Origin: Tubulanus polymorphus
Taxonomy: Eukaryota > Animalia > Nemertea
NCBI RefSeq assembly: GCF_964204645.1
Contig: NC_134028.1
Span: 1-64,000 of the forward strand
Direction: 5' to 3'
DNA: 64,000 nt
In this document: one piece after another, positions 19,349 through 31,084 of the stretch
How the letters are laid out: each line of letters starts with the position of its first letter
Position numbering within the stretch: position 1 is the stretch's first letter
Notes under the pieces: generated by a model
What the model saw: the letters and a program-made list of their open reading frames with translations, nothing else
What the model was told of the DNA's origin: nothing
Database searches by the model: none
Made by a program: the position numbers and the translations under genes

Positions 19349-21669
19349 ACCGCCTCACTACAACAATTAACTCTCACTACTTTTTTACAGGGATAACCCG
19401 CTGCCCGTGCACTAGTGGGGTCTCCAAACCTTCGGTTTGGTCCCCTAACCTCTATCTCTAAACCTAACCTTAGCCCGTGCCAGGTTTCCCTCGTAAATTA
19501 TCTTAACTGATTAATTATTAATCATCAATCTATTTGCAGAATCATCCTCCGTCGCCTGAAGCAGAAACCCGCTCAGAGACAGAGTACAAAACAAACTCCA
19601 AGATCACAAGCTCCACAGGAATCATCAACCTTTTATCTTTTAATTAGTTCTCTCTGCTTTACTTTGAAACTCAATCGAAATTCAGTAAGTAAGAAGACAG
19701 ACCAAATATCAGAAACAGTTAGAAAAATAAACAAAAGCGCGATATCGGGAACCGAACCCTAACCGCTAGTACAGACTGGTTGCCGGTCCCAGGACGATAG
19801 AAACCGGTAACCAGTCCACCGCTATTATCTATTTCGAAAATATGCGTCAGCACTGAGATTATATCATAGAAACACCCGAAAAGTATTAATTAATCTATTA
19901 TAAATTTAGAAAGAAAGGGAATCTAGAATAGGTAAGAATATACTCAATTACTAAAGCGGCGCGCCTGATCGGGACTCGAACCCGCGGCACCCGAAGCTCC
20001 GGAGAATACTCGGGAACCGTACCCGCCGCTCCGAAATTAACCGCTAGTACTGACGGGTTGCCGGTGCCCCGCGTTAGATACCGTTAACCAGTCCACCACT
20101 CTTATTTATTTTGAAAATATGCGTCGGCACTAAGATTATATCGTAGAAACATCTTAAAAGTACTATTGTATCCGTCAAAGATTCAGAATTAAAAGGAATC
20201 CAGAATAGGTAAAAAACATTTAGAATAGAACTATTCAATTACTAAACGGCGCCTGGTCGGGACTCGAACCCGCGGCACCCTAATTAACCTCCGTTTAATC
20301 TATAACGTTCGGTCGGGGACCTAACCCGCTACGTCCTAATTAACTATTATCGTATCTACGCGCCAACTCTTGGAACATACTCCATATAGATCCGGGTGTC
20401 AAGTTTCAAATGTCTCTAAAACAGACAGTTTATTTTCGGATAACAATTCTAATGAGATCGCTCAAAAGTATTAGTAGCTATATTCAAAAACCGCACTATA
20501 GGTTGTAGAAGTATAAGAAGTTTATAGGATAAATAATAGTCCACGGACATCAATCACTGTTTACAAGTCACTCATAATTAGTGACCGATCGGCCACCTGC
20601 GCCTCTTGACTAATTATCCGACTCAATTCTATACAAAATCGCAGTTACGACGCCTTCAAACTCATCAGTTTTTTTCAAAGAACACAGCCCAATATTCCCG
20701 ATTCAAAAAGAGTTTTATATCACGTATATATTTCAACCTTCGGATTAAAGAAGAGATCATAGTTTTTTTGAACCACTCAAACTACGCAAGCTTAAACCGA
20801 TTTACTGAATACCCGCGCTCCGGTCTGAATATATTTGTCACATATTCAAGTTCACATAGCTTTACTCGATCATAATAACTCTAAATAAGCGTAGTTTATC
20901 TAATAGAATTATATTTAAGAACTTAGAATTAAAACAGACGTATCAGTAAGACATTTCTATCAAAACTCGTCACCCATAATTAGGGCTAATTAACCACCCG
21001 CGCTCACTCAGTAATTTAGATCTTACGGGTTATAACTTCCTACTAAATCGCCGACGCCGCGCTGTCTAATTCATCCAATTTTCGGTAGAATACCGCGTTG
21101 ATATTTCAAAATCCGCTCTTAAAAGCTTTTGAATACGGAGAAAACTTGATTAACTAAGAACCGGATTTCACCATTTACGACTATTTAGTAAACACGCGTA
21201 TATCGGAATACGCCTCGGCCGCGCACCGCTAATTAACGCGTCTAAACTAATTAGGAATTAAGCAATTTTGAAACTAAACCCGGACATATTTCGAACATTC
21301 CGGTTCACGTATATTAATAATACATATTCTAGATTTCTCTTTATAGAAAACACTTTGAGTATTTATTAGGTTATATCGAAATAAACTTTTCAATTCTATA
21401 TTAGACACGCCGTTCTTTAGATCTTTAGAACTATACATCAAAGCAAACTATTCAACAGCTAGATCAAGGGCCATAATTAGTGCTGTTTTCTAGTCACTCT
21501 GGATCAAAGGCATAATTAGTCAGACCCCTAGTTTGTCTATTAGCTTGATCACAGAAGTACAATTAGTCTAGATCACAAGGTCTCATATGGTCACTTAACT
21601 TCTAACTCAAATACTGTTCACTTGTTGCGCGCTGCGTGTATAAAAACCCGTGTCTAATCCTAGTTCAGC

Positions 21670-23241
21670 ATGATTCCTGCACTGACACTGACGAAGGCAA
21701 CCTCGCCGAAATATCTGTCAATGGAGCGATCTACTCGAAAGAAGAAACGACCACCAGCTGAGAATACCAGCAAGGGCGGAGGACGCCCTGAGCGACACCA
21801 GCAACCCGGGATGTCGCCGAAAAATTACTATAGAGCTCTTCAAGTGGCGCACCACCTTGCCCAGTTGAGCTCTGGTCCGAAAGCGATTCGGAGGAAGAAG
21901 GACCATCTGAAGATGTTCCTGCGGCCGGCGGCTTGCACCGAAGCAGTAACGGTGCAGCTGCACGCTGCCGCGGACGTCTGGATGGAGACAGTTTCGAAAG
22001 AGCTGACCATCCATTACGCTGCCACATTTGTTGAGCTAATGGGTGATCCTCTGCCGGACTGTCTATCAGCACAGGATGTCGCCCTGACATGGGCCCGGAG
22101 GAATTTCGGCTCCCGTCTGAGCCCCGGAACGATCCGGCTTTTCAACATCGCGCTGGATTTGCGGTCGAAATTCCGCGGTCAGGCTCTGTCTGACAAACTC
22201 AGAAATGTCCTATCTAACCCACCTTCTTCCCCTTCTCATTTCAGGTCACACCACCAGGAGGCACCCACGGAGCCGAAGATTCGTCCGCCGCCGAGACCGA
22301 GCCGGAAGATTCGAAAGCCCGCGACGCCGAGGACGCCTGCACCAACCGCAGCCGCGCCCGCCGCGCCCGCCGCGCCCACAGCGCCTCCTTCTTTTTCTGA
22401 TTCCAGGTCACCGAGAAGCTACGCGGATGTCACCAGGACGCCACCAACCAGAATGGCGCCACCACCGAGTAGCCCGATGCCGACGCCGCCGCCGCCGCCA
22501 CCAAGAAGTCCGACGCCACCGAGAAGTCCGACGCCGCCGCCTCGAAACCCGACGCCGCCGCCGCCGCAGAGAACGCCGACCGCACCAACCAGCAGTCCGA
22601 CGCCGTCTCTCTCTTCTTCTCTTTCCAGCTCTCCGTCTCATTACAGGTCACCAGGGCGCCTACTGCCAGCGCGAAGTCCGACGCCAACACCGAGACCGAT
22701 GGCGCCCCAGGAAGTTCGCCGTCATCCGAATACGGGTCGGAAGAAACAGGATTGGAGTCTGCCACCAACCCGGCGACCCATTCTGGTGATTGGTGACTCA
22801 AATCTGAGTAACATCACATCAAGCCGCCGTCCGGATGACGTCCAGATCGAGAGCTTCCCCGGCTGCAAGATAGCTCATCTCGCCGACCTGATCGATGCTG
22901 TACCGGAGCGCCGAGATCGCCCGGATACGGTGATCATCAGCGTCGGAATCAACAACCGCGACAACAACTTCGAAGCGACCGCCAAGAAGACCACACAGCG
23001 CCTGATCAACGCCGCAGTCAAGAAGTATCAGCACTCGTTCGTCCACTTCGTTCAACTGAACACGACCCGCGAACACCAGCAGTTCGCCCGGAAGTTCAAC
23101 GAATTCCTCGAGATTCACGACGACGTCACCGCGATACCACCCATCGATGATCGACGCTTCAGAGTTGTTGGAGACGGGATCCACTGGAACCGTGGTACAG
23201 CTAACACCCTGCTGGACCACTGGCTCAGTGGTTTAAACTAA
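21670..23241 (+). CDS. Family A ORF1
   Basis: Same motifs, 523 aa. Confidence 0.9.
   Translation: MIPALTLTKATSPKYLSMERSTRKKKRPPAENTSKGGGRPERHQQPGMSPKNYYRALQVAHHLAQLSSGPKAIRRKKDHLKMFLRPAACTEAVTVQLHAAADVWMETVSKELTIHYAATFVELMGDPLPDCLSAQDVALTWARRNFGSRLSPGTIRLFNIALDLRSKFRGQALSDKLRNVLSNPPSSPSHFRSHHQEAPTEPKIRPPPRPSRKIRKPATPRTPAPTAAAPAAPAAPTAPPSFSDSRSPRSYADVTRTPPTRMAPPPSSPMPTPPPPPPRSPTPPRSPTPPPRNPTPPPPQRTPTAPTSSPTPSLSSSLSSSPSHYRSPGRLLPARSPTPTPRPMAPQEVRRHPNTGRKKQDWSLPPTRRPILVIGDSNLSNITSSRRPDDVQIESFPGCKIAHLADLIDAVPERRDRPDTVIISVGINNRDNNFEATAKKTTQRLINAAVKKYQHSFVHFVQLNTTREHQQFARKFNEFLEIHDDVTAIPPIDDRRFRVVGDGIHWNRGTANTLLDHWLSGLN
21683..21720 (+). ncRNA. Minimal hammerhead ribozyme, family A
   Basis: Same sequence as 2627-2664. 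Confidence 0.85.
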
Positions 23242-25697
23242 GTATTAGTGAGACCAACGGGTCCACTATTGGTGAGTTAAATCAACCGGAATTAACCAAT
23301 GCTTCTCTGATTTCTTCCATTTCCAGGTCCGACGAACACGAAGAACCGGCACCAAACCAAGCGCGACGCGATCCGGTCACCGCTCTCGGGAGCCCGGTGG
23401 TCAACCTCACACGTTCACTCCGCCTAAGTCCGGCGCAACATCAGCTACTCCGAAAGGGCCTCACTTATTGCCCGACTCCAAAAATCGGTTCTGATGCCGC
23501 CGCGACCGAGCGCACCAAGGGAGTGTGCCGATTCAACCGGCTAGTGAAACTCGACCATCACTTCCGAGACAAACCGGACCGCGAGGCTCCGCGTTTCCGT
23601 CTGCCCAGCAGTTGGGCTCCGGATGAAATAGAACCAGTAATCGCCGGGTTCTGCAACGACGCGCACGAATTGGCTCAACAAACCAGGGATACGCGTCGCG
23701 TAAATGATAACCTCACTAAACAGGAACGCGAAGCCCTCCAGCAGCTGCGTGACAACACTAATATTGTCATCAAAGCCGCCGATAAGGGTTCCGCTACGGT
23801 TATCATGGACCGCGACGACTACGTCCACGAAGCCATGCGCCAACTAGCCGATCTCGAGTATTATCAGCCGCTGCAGCAACCGATCTTCGAACAGACCGGG
23901 GAAGAAATTCGCGAAATCATCGAAAATATGGCTCGACGAAAAATCATCCCGCTAAAAACCGCCGAATATCTATTACCGCCCGATAATCCGAAACAGAGGC
24001 AGTTCTATCTGCTTCCCAAAATCCATAAAGAACGCGAGAAGTGGACGGTACCCGATCGCGTACCGCCGGGGAGACCGATCGTCTCCGACTGCGGCTCCGA
24101 AACCTACGAAATTTCGGAATGGATCGACTACTATTTGCAGCCGATCGCCCGCGGTCACCCGTCGTACGTCAAAGATACCAACCACTTTCTAGATATTTTG
24201 GCCGGTAAACAATTTAGCGCCGATGCGTTACTCGTCACCATGGACATCGATTCGCTCTACACCAACATCCCCCACGAAGAGGGTATCGCCAGCATCCGAC
24301 AAGCTCTCCGAGATAACCCGAACCCGGGACGCCCGGATGCCGAGCTGCTGAAACTACTCGAAATCAGCCTGAAGAAAAATGACTTTAACTTTAACGAAAA
24401 CACATATTTACAGGTAAAAGGTACCGCAATGGGTAAGCGTTTTGCTCCTTCTTATGCCAATATCTTTGTAGCCGAATGGGAAAAAGAAGGTCTGTCCAGA
24501 AGCGAACTCCAACCATCGCTATACGCTCGGTTCATCGACGACATCTACATAGTTTGGGAACACGGCCGCGAAACGTTGATGCAATTCATCGACGTCCTAC
24601 AAACAGTGAGCCGATCCATCAAACTTAAATTCGAAATCAGCGACACCAGCGTCAACTTCCTGGACGTAACCACTTTCAAAGGCCCGCGATTCGAGACAAG
24701 TGGCACAGTAGACACCAAAGTCTACTTCAAACCAACCGATTCGCATCAATTACTACATCGATCCTCGTTTCACCCTAAACACACATTTTCCGGTATAGTT
24801 AAAAGTCAAATTCTCCGGTTCCGGCGCATCTGCAATAACGATTCGGACTTACACGCAGCGTCCGGAACCGTCCTTAAAGTACTCAGAGGTCGTGGCTACA
24901 AAGACCGCGAACTGCGACACATCAAAAGCCAAGCTCTACGGCACCACGCCGAACGAGATCTACGAGAACAACAACGGGCCGACGAACCGCCGAAAAAGCG
25001 TTTACCGCTTATCTTACCTCACTCCGAAGCCAACCGAACCCTAGCCCGTAACATCCGAACCAGATTTACGGAACTGGCTACGGCCACCGGCCGGTCTGAC
25101 GAGGTAACCACGGTCACCGCCTACACCAAGCACAAGAGTCTCAAAGATCTCCTAACTTCGTCGCAGCTCAAACCCACGGAGCCACCTCCTCCCCGAGTCC
25201 CCTCTTCACCGCATCGTAACAGAAATACTTCCGTTGTTTCCAATTCTTCTATTTCCAGGTCTACTCAAAGAACTCCGTCAACCCGACGTCGAGGCACCAA
25301 GAAATGTAGAACACCGAGATGTCGTACGTGTCCACTCGTCCGAGAAACAACCGTTTGCCGCAGCCACAACAAAATGCACGCGATCCGCAGCACAATTAAT
25401 TGCGCGACCCGTGAAATTGTATACTGCATCGAATGCACCAAGTGCAACATGCTGTACGTCGGCCAAACCGGAATGTCTCTACGAGAACGCGTCACTCATC
25501 ACGTCTCACGCATCAGAACGAAGAATTCGACTCCAGTCTCGGACCACTTCAACCAAGTCGACCACACCCGCGAACACTTTCGGGTGTACGGTCTCCAACA
25601 CCTACCAGGCTCCACGAGACCGATCCGCGAAGCAGCCGAACAAGACTGGATACGACGACTCGACACGAACACGCCCCGAGGCATGAACGTCCCGTAG
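23232..25697 (+). CDS. Family A ORF2 RT + GIY-YIG
   Basis: Intact (track start 23397). Confidence 0.95.
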   Translation, partial: FKLSISETNGSTIGELNQPELTNASLISSISRSDEHEEPAPNQARRDPVTALGSPVVNLTRSLRLSPAQHQLLRKGLTYCPTPKIGSDAAATERTKGVCRFNRLVKLDHHFRDKPDREAPRFRLPSSWAPDEIEPVIAGFCNDAHELAQQTRDTRRVNDNLTKQEREALQQLRDNTNIVIKAADKGSATVIMDRDDYVHEAMRQLADLEYYQPLQQPIFEQTGEEIREIIENMARRKIIPLKTAEYLLPPDNPKQRQFYLLPKIHKEREKWTVPDRVPPGRPIVSDCGSETYEISEWIDYYLQPIARGHPSYVKDTNHFLDILAGKQFSADALLVTMDIDSLYTNIPHEEGIASIRQALRDNPNPGRPDAELLKLLEISLKKNDFNFNENTYLQVKGTAMGKRFAPSYANIFVAEWEKEGLSRSELQPSLYARFIDDIYIVWEHGRETLMQFIDVLQTVSRSIKLKFEISDTSVNFLDVTTFKGPRFETSGTVDTKVYFKPTDSHQLLHRSSFHPKHTFSGIVKSQILRFRRICNNDSDLHAASGTVLKVLRGRGYKDRELRHIKSQALRHHAERDLREQQRADEPPKKRLPLILPHSEANRTLARNIRTRFTELATATGRSDEVTTVTAYTKHKSLKDLLTSSQLKPTEPPPPRVPSSPHRNRNTSVVSNSSISRSTQRTPSTRRRGTKKCRTPRCRTCPLVRETTVCRSHNKMHAIRSTINCATREIVYCIECTKCNMLYVGQTGMSLRERVTHHVSRIRTKNSTPVSDHFNQVDHTREHFRVYGLQHLPGSTRPIREAAEQDWIRRLDTNTPRGMNVP

Positions 25698-25811
25698 ACC
25701 GCCTCACTACAACAATTAACTCTCACTACTTTTTTACAGGGATAACCCGCTGCCCGTGCACTAGTGGGGTCTCCAAACCTTCGGTTTGGTCCCCTAACCT
25801 CTATCTCTAAA

Positions 25812-25904
25812 CCTAACCCTAACCCTAACCCTAACCCTAACCCTAACCCTAACCCTAACCCTAACCCTAACCCTAACCCTAACCCTAACCCTAACCCTAA
25901 CCCT
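25812..25904 (+). repeat. Telomeric repeat tract (CCCTAA)n, ~15.5 units (TTAGGG on minus strand)
   Basis: CCTAA + 14 perfect CCCTAA + CCCT. Confidence 0.98.
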
Positions 25905-26393
25905 TGGAGTCTGCCACCAACCCGGCGACCCATTCTGGTGATTGGTGACTCAAATCTGAGTAACATCACATCAAGCCGCCGTCCGGATGACGTCCAGATC
26001 GAGAGCTTCCCCGGCTGCAAGATAGCTCATCTCGCCGACCTGATCGATGCTGTACCGGAGCGCCGAGATCGCCCGGATACGGTGATCATCAGCGTCGGAA
26101 TCAACAACCGCGACAACAACTTCGAAGCGACCGCCAAGAAGACCACACAGCGCCTGATCAACGCCGCAGTCAAGAAGTATCAGCACTCGTTCGTCCACTT
26201 CGTTCAACTGAACACGACCCGCGAACACCAGCAGTTCGCCCGGAAGTTCAACGAATTCCTCGAGAATAACGACGACGTCACCGCGATACCACCCATCGAT
26301 GATCGACGCTTCAGAGTTGTTGGAGACGGGATCCACTGGAACCGTGGTACAGCTAACACCCTGCTGGACCACTGGCTCAGTGGTTTAAACTAA
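25905..26393 (+). pseudogene. 5'-truncated family A ORF1 (esterase domain only)
   Basis: Begins at WSLPPTRRPILVIGDSN immediately after (CCCTAA)n; no promoter, hammerhead or N-terminus. Confidence 0.9.
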
Positions 26394-28849
26394 GTATTAG
26401 TGAGACCAACGGGTCCACTATTGGTGAGTTAAATCAACCGGAATTAACCAATGCTTCTCTGATTTCTTCCATTTCCAGGTCCGACGAACACGAAGAACCG
26501 GCACCAAACCAAGCGCGACGCGATCCGGTCACCGCTCTCGGGAGCCCGGTGGTCAACCTCACACGTTCACTCCGCCTAAGTCCGGCGCAACATCAGCTAC
26601 TCCGAAAGGGCCTCACTTATTGCCCGACTCCAAGAATCGGTTCTGATGCCGCCGCGACCGAGCGCACCAAGGGAGTGTGCCGATTCAACCGGCTAGTGAA
26701 ACTCGACCATCACTTCCGAGACAAACCGGACCGCGAGGCTCCGCGTTTCCGTCTGCCCAGCAGTTGGGCTCCGGATGAAATAGAACCAGTAATCGCCGGG
26801 TTCTGCAACGACGCGCACGAATTGGCTCAACAAACCAGGGATACGCGTCGCGTAAATGATAACCTCACTAAACAGGAACGCGAAGCCCTCCAGCAGCTGC
26901 GTGACAACACTAATATTGTCATCAAAGCCGCCGATAAGGGTTCCGCTACGGTTATCATGGACCGCGACGACTACGTCCTCGAAGCCATGCGCCAACTAGC
27001 CGATCTCGAGTATTATCAGCCGCTGCAGCAACCGATCTTCGAACAGACCGGGGAAGAAATTCGCGAAATCATCGAAAATATGGCTCGACGAAAAATCATC
27101 CCGCTAAAAACCGCCGAATATCTATTACCGCCCGATAATCCGAAACAGAGGCAGTTCTATCTGCTTCCCAAAATCCATAAAGAACGCGAGAAGTGGACGG
27201 TACCCGATCGCGTACCGCCGGGGAGACCGATCGTCTCCGACTGCGGCTCCGAAACCTACGAAATTTCGGAATGGATCGACTACTATTTGCAGCCGATCGC
27301 CCGCGGTCACCCGTCGTACGTCAAAGATACCAACCACTTTCTAGATATTTTGGCCGGTAAACAATTTAGCGCCGATGCGTTACTCGTCACCATGGACATC
27401 GATTCGCTCTACACCAACATCCCCCACGAAGAGGGTATCGCCAGCATCCGACAAGCTCTCCGAGATAACCCGAACCCGGGACGCCCGGATGCCGAGCTGC
27501 TGAAACTACTCGAAATCAGCCTGAAGAAAAATGACTTTAACTTTAACGAAAACACATATTTACAGGTAAAAGGTACCGCAATGGGTAAGCGTTTTGCTCC
27601 TTCTTATGCCAATATCTTTGTAGCCGAATGGGAAAAAGAAGGTCTGTCCAGAAGCGAACTCCAACCATCGCTATACGCTCGGTTCATCGACGACATCTAC
27701 ATAGTTTGGGAACACGGCCGCGAAACGTTGATGCAATTCATCGACGTCCTACAAACAGTGAGCCGATCCATCAAACTCAAGTTCGAAATCAGCGACACCA
27801 GCGTCAACTTCCTGGACGTAACCACTTTCAAAGGCCCGCGATTCGAGACAAGTGGCACAGTAGACACCAAAGTCTACTTCAAACCAACCGATTCGCATCA
27901 ATTACTACATCGATCCTCGTTTCACCCTAAACACACATTTTCCGGTATAGTTAAAAGTCAAATTCTCCGGTTCCGGCGCATCTGCAATAACGATTCGGAC
28001 TTACACGCAGCGTCCGGAACCGTCCTTAAAGTACTCAGAGGTCGTGGCTACAAAGACCGCGAACTGCGACACATCAAAAGCCAAGCTCTACGGCACCACG
28101 CCGAACGAGATCTACGAGAACAACAACGGGCCGACGAACCGCCGAAAAAGCGTTTACCGCTTATCTTACCTCACTCCGAAGCCAACCGAACCCTAGCCCG
28201 TAACATCCGAACCAGATTTACGGAACTGGCTACGGCCACCGGCCGGTCGGACGAGGTAACCACGGTCACCGCCTACACCAAGCACAAGAGTCTCAAAGAT
28301 CTCCTAACTTCGTCGCAGCTCAAACCCACGGAGCCACCCCCTCCCCGAGTCCCCTCTTCACCGCATCGTAACAGAAATACTTCCGTTGTTTCCAATTCTT
28401 CTATTTCCAGGTCTACTCAAAGAACTCCGTCAACCCGACGTCGAGGCACCGAGAAATGCGGAACACCGAGATGTCGTACGTGTCCACTCGTCCGAGAAAC
28501 AACCGTTTGCCGCAGCCACAACAAAATGCACGCGATCCGCAGCACAATTAATTGCGCGACCCGTGAAATTGTATACTGCATCGAATGCACCAAGTGCAAC
28601 ATGCTGTACGTCGGCCAAACCGGAATGTCTCTACGAGAACGCGTCACTCATCACGTCTCACGCATCAGAACGAAGAATTCGACTCCAGTCTCGGACCACT
28701 TCAACCAAGTCGACCACACCCGCGAACACTTTCGGGTGTACGGTCTCCAACACCTACCAGGCTCCACGAGACCGATCCGCGAAGCAGCCGAACAAGACTG
28801 GATACGACGACTCGACACGAACACGCCCCGAGGCATGAACGTCCCGTAG
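26384..28849 (+). CDS. Family A ORF2 RT + GIY-YIG (in truncated unit)
   Basis: Intact frame (track start 26549). Confidence 0.9.
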   Translation, partial: FKLSISETNGSTIGELNQPELTNASLISSISRSDEHEEPAPNQARRDPVTALGSPVVNLTRSLRLSPAQHQLLRKGLTYCPTPRIGSDAAATERTKGVCRFNRLVKLDHHFRDKPDREAPRFRLPSSWAPDEIEPVIAGFCNDAHELAQQTRDTRRVNDNLTKQEREALQQLRDNTNIVIKAADKGSATVIMDRDDYVLEAMRQLADLEYYQPLQQPIFEQTGEEIREIIENMARRKIIPLKTAEYLLPPDNPKQRQFYLLPKIHKEREKWTVPDRVPPGRPIVSDCGSETYEISEWIDYYLQPIARGHPSYVKDTNHFLDILAGKQFSADALLVTMDIDSLYTNIPHEEGIASIRQALRDNPNPGRPDAELLKLLEISLKKNDFNFNENTYLQVKGTAMGKRFAPSYANIFVAEWEKEGLSRSELQPSLYARFIDDIYIVWEHGRETLMQFIDVLQTVSRSIKLKFEISDTSVNFLDVTTFKGPRFETSGTVDTKVYFKPTDSHQLLHRSSFHPKHTFSGIVKSQILRFRRICNNDSDLHAASGTVLKVLRGRGYKDRELRHIKSQALRHHAERDLREQQRADEPPKKRLPLILPHSEANRTLARNIRTRFTELATATGRSDEVTTVTAYTKHKSLKDLLTSSQLKPTEPPPPRVPSSPHRNRNTSVVSNSSISRSTQRTPSTRRRGTEKCGTPRCRTCPLVRETTVCRSHNKMHAIRSTINCATREIVYCIECTKCNMLYVGQTGMSLRERVTHHVSRIRTKNSTPVSDHFNQVDHTREHFRVYGLQHLPGSTRPIREAAEQDWIRRLDTNTPRGMNVP

Positions 28850-31084
28850 ACCGCCTCACTACAACAATTAACTCTCACTACTTTTTTACAGGGATAACCC
28901 GCTGCCCGTGCACTAGTGGGGTCTCCAAACCTTCGGTTTGGTCCCCTAACCTCTATCTCTAAACCTAACCTTAGCCCGTGCCAGGTTTCCCTCGTAAATT
29001 ATCTTAACTGATTAATTATTAATCATCAATCTATTTGCAGAATCATCCTCCGTCGCCTGAAGCAGAAACCCGCTCAGAGACAGAGTACAAAACAAACTCC
29101 AAGATCACAAGCTCCACAGGAATCATCAACCTTTTATCTTTTAATTAGTTCTCTCTGCTTTACTTTGAAAACTCAATCGAAATTCAGTAAGTAAGAAGAC
29201 AGACCAAATATCAGAAACAGTTAGAAAAATAAACAAAAGCGCGATATCGGGAACCGAACCCTAACCGCTAGTACAGACTGGTTGCCTGTCCCAGGACGGT
29301 AGAAACCGGTAACCAGTCCACCGCTATTATCTATTTCGAAAATATGCGTCAGCACTGAGATTATATCATAGAAACACCCGAAAAGTATTAATTAATCTAT
29401 TATAAATTTAGAAAGAAAGGGAATCTAGAATAGGTAAGAATATACTCAATTACTAAAACGGCGCGCCTGATCGGGACTCGAACCCGCGACGCCCCAATTA
29501 AGCTCCGGAGAATACTCGGGAACCGTACCCGCCGCTCCGAAATTAACCGCTAGTACTGACGGGTTGCCGGTGCCCCGCGTTAGATACCGGTAACCTGTCC
29601 ACCGCTCTTATTTATTTTGAAAATATGCGTCGGCACTAAGATTATATCGTAGAAACATCTGAAAAGTACTATTGTATCCGTCAAAGATTCAGAATTAAAA
29701 GGAATCCAGAATAGGTAAAAAACATTTAGAATAGAACTATTCAATTACTAAACGGCGCCTGGTCTGGACTCGAACCCGCGGCACCCTAATTAACCTCCGT
29801 TTAATCTATAACGTTCGGTCGGGGACCTAACCCGCCACGTCCTAATTAACTATTATCGTATCTACGCGCCAACTCTTGGAACATACTCTATATAGATCCG
29901 GGTGTCAAGTTTCAAATTTCTCTAAAACAGACAGTTTATTTTCGGATAACAATTCTAATGAGATCGCTCAAAAGTATTAGTAGCTATATTCAAAAACCGC
30001 ACTATAGGTTGTAGAAGTATAAGAAGTTTATAGGATAAATAATAGTCCACGGACATCAATCACTGTTTACGAGTCACTCATAATTAGTGACCGATCGGCC
30101 ACCTGCGCCTCTTGACTAATTATCCGACTCAATTCTATACAAAATCGCAGTTACGACGCCTTCAAACTCATCAGTTTTTTTTCAAAGAACACAGCCCAAT
30201 ATTCCCGATTCAAAAAGAGTTTTATACCCGCGCTCCGGTCTGAATATATTTGTCACATGTTCAAGTTCACATAGCTTTACTCGATCCTAATAACTCTAAA
30301 TAAGCGTAGTTTATCTAATAGAATTATATTTAAGAACGTAGAATTAAAACAGACGTATTAGTAAGACATTTCTATCAAAACTCGTCACCCATAATTAGGG
30401 CTAATTAACCACCCGCGCTCACTCAGTAATTTAGATCTTACGGGTTATAACTTCCTACTAAATCGCCGACGCCGCGCTGTCTAATTCATTCAATTTTCGG
30501 TAGAATACCGCGTAGATATTTCAAAATCCGCTCTTAAAAGCTTTAGAATACGGAGAAAACTTGATTAACTAAGAACCGGATTTCACCATTTACGACTATT
30601 TAGTATACACGCGTATATCGGAATACGCCTCGGCCGCGCACCGCTAATTAACGCATCTAAACTAATTAGGAATTAAGCAATTTTGAAACTGAACTCGGAC
30701 ATATTTCGAACATTCCGGTTCACGTATATTAATAATACATATTCTAGATTTCTCTTTATAGCAAACACTTTGAGTATTTATCAGGTTATATCGAAATAAA
30801 CTTTTCAATTCTATATTAGACACGCCGTTCTTTAGATCTTTAGAACTATACATCAAAGCAAACTATTCAACAGCTAGATCAAGGGCCATAATTAGTGCTG
30901 TTTTCTAGTCACTCTGGATCAAAGGCATAATTAGTCAGACCCCTAGTTTGTCTATTAGCTTGATCACAGAAGTACAATTAGTCTAGATCACAAGGTCTCA
31001 TATGGTCACTTAACTTCTAACTCAAATACTGTTCACTTGTTGCGCGCTGCGTGTATAAAAACCCGTGTCTAATCCTAGTTCAGC

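Larger units (their letters stand above)
1..25818 (+). mobile_element. Family A PLE tandem block 1 (4 complete ORF1-ORF2 units plus the 3' end of a fifth; period 6350-6354 bp)
   Basis: ORF1 starts at 2614, 8968, 15318, 21670; near-identical RT+GIY-YIG ORF2 in each; block ends at CCTAACC (25812-25818) running into telomeric repeats. Confidence 0.95.

Noticed and set aside
25764-26393. 209-aa ORF with (PN)n fused to esterase; also the (LG)n, (VR)n and (PN)n ORFs at 25499-26020 and 47404-48123
   Set aside because: Translations of the telomeric tract; chance read-through across junctions with no ATG or promoter context
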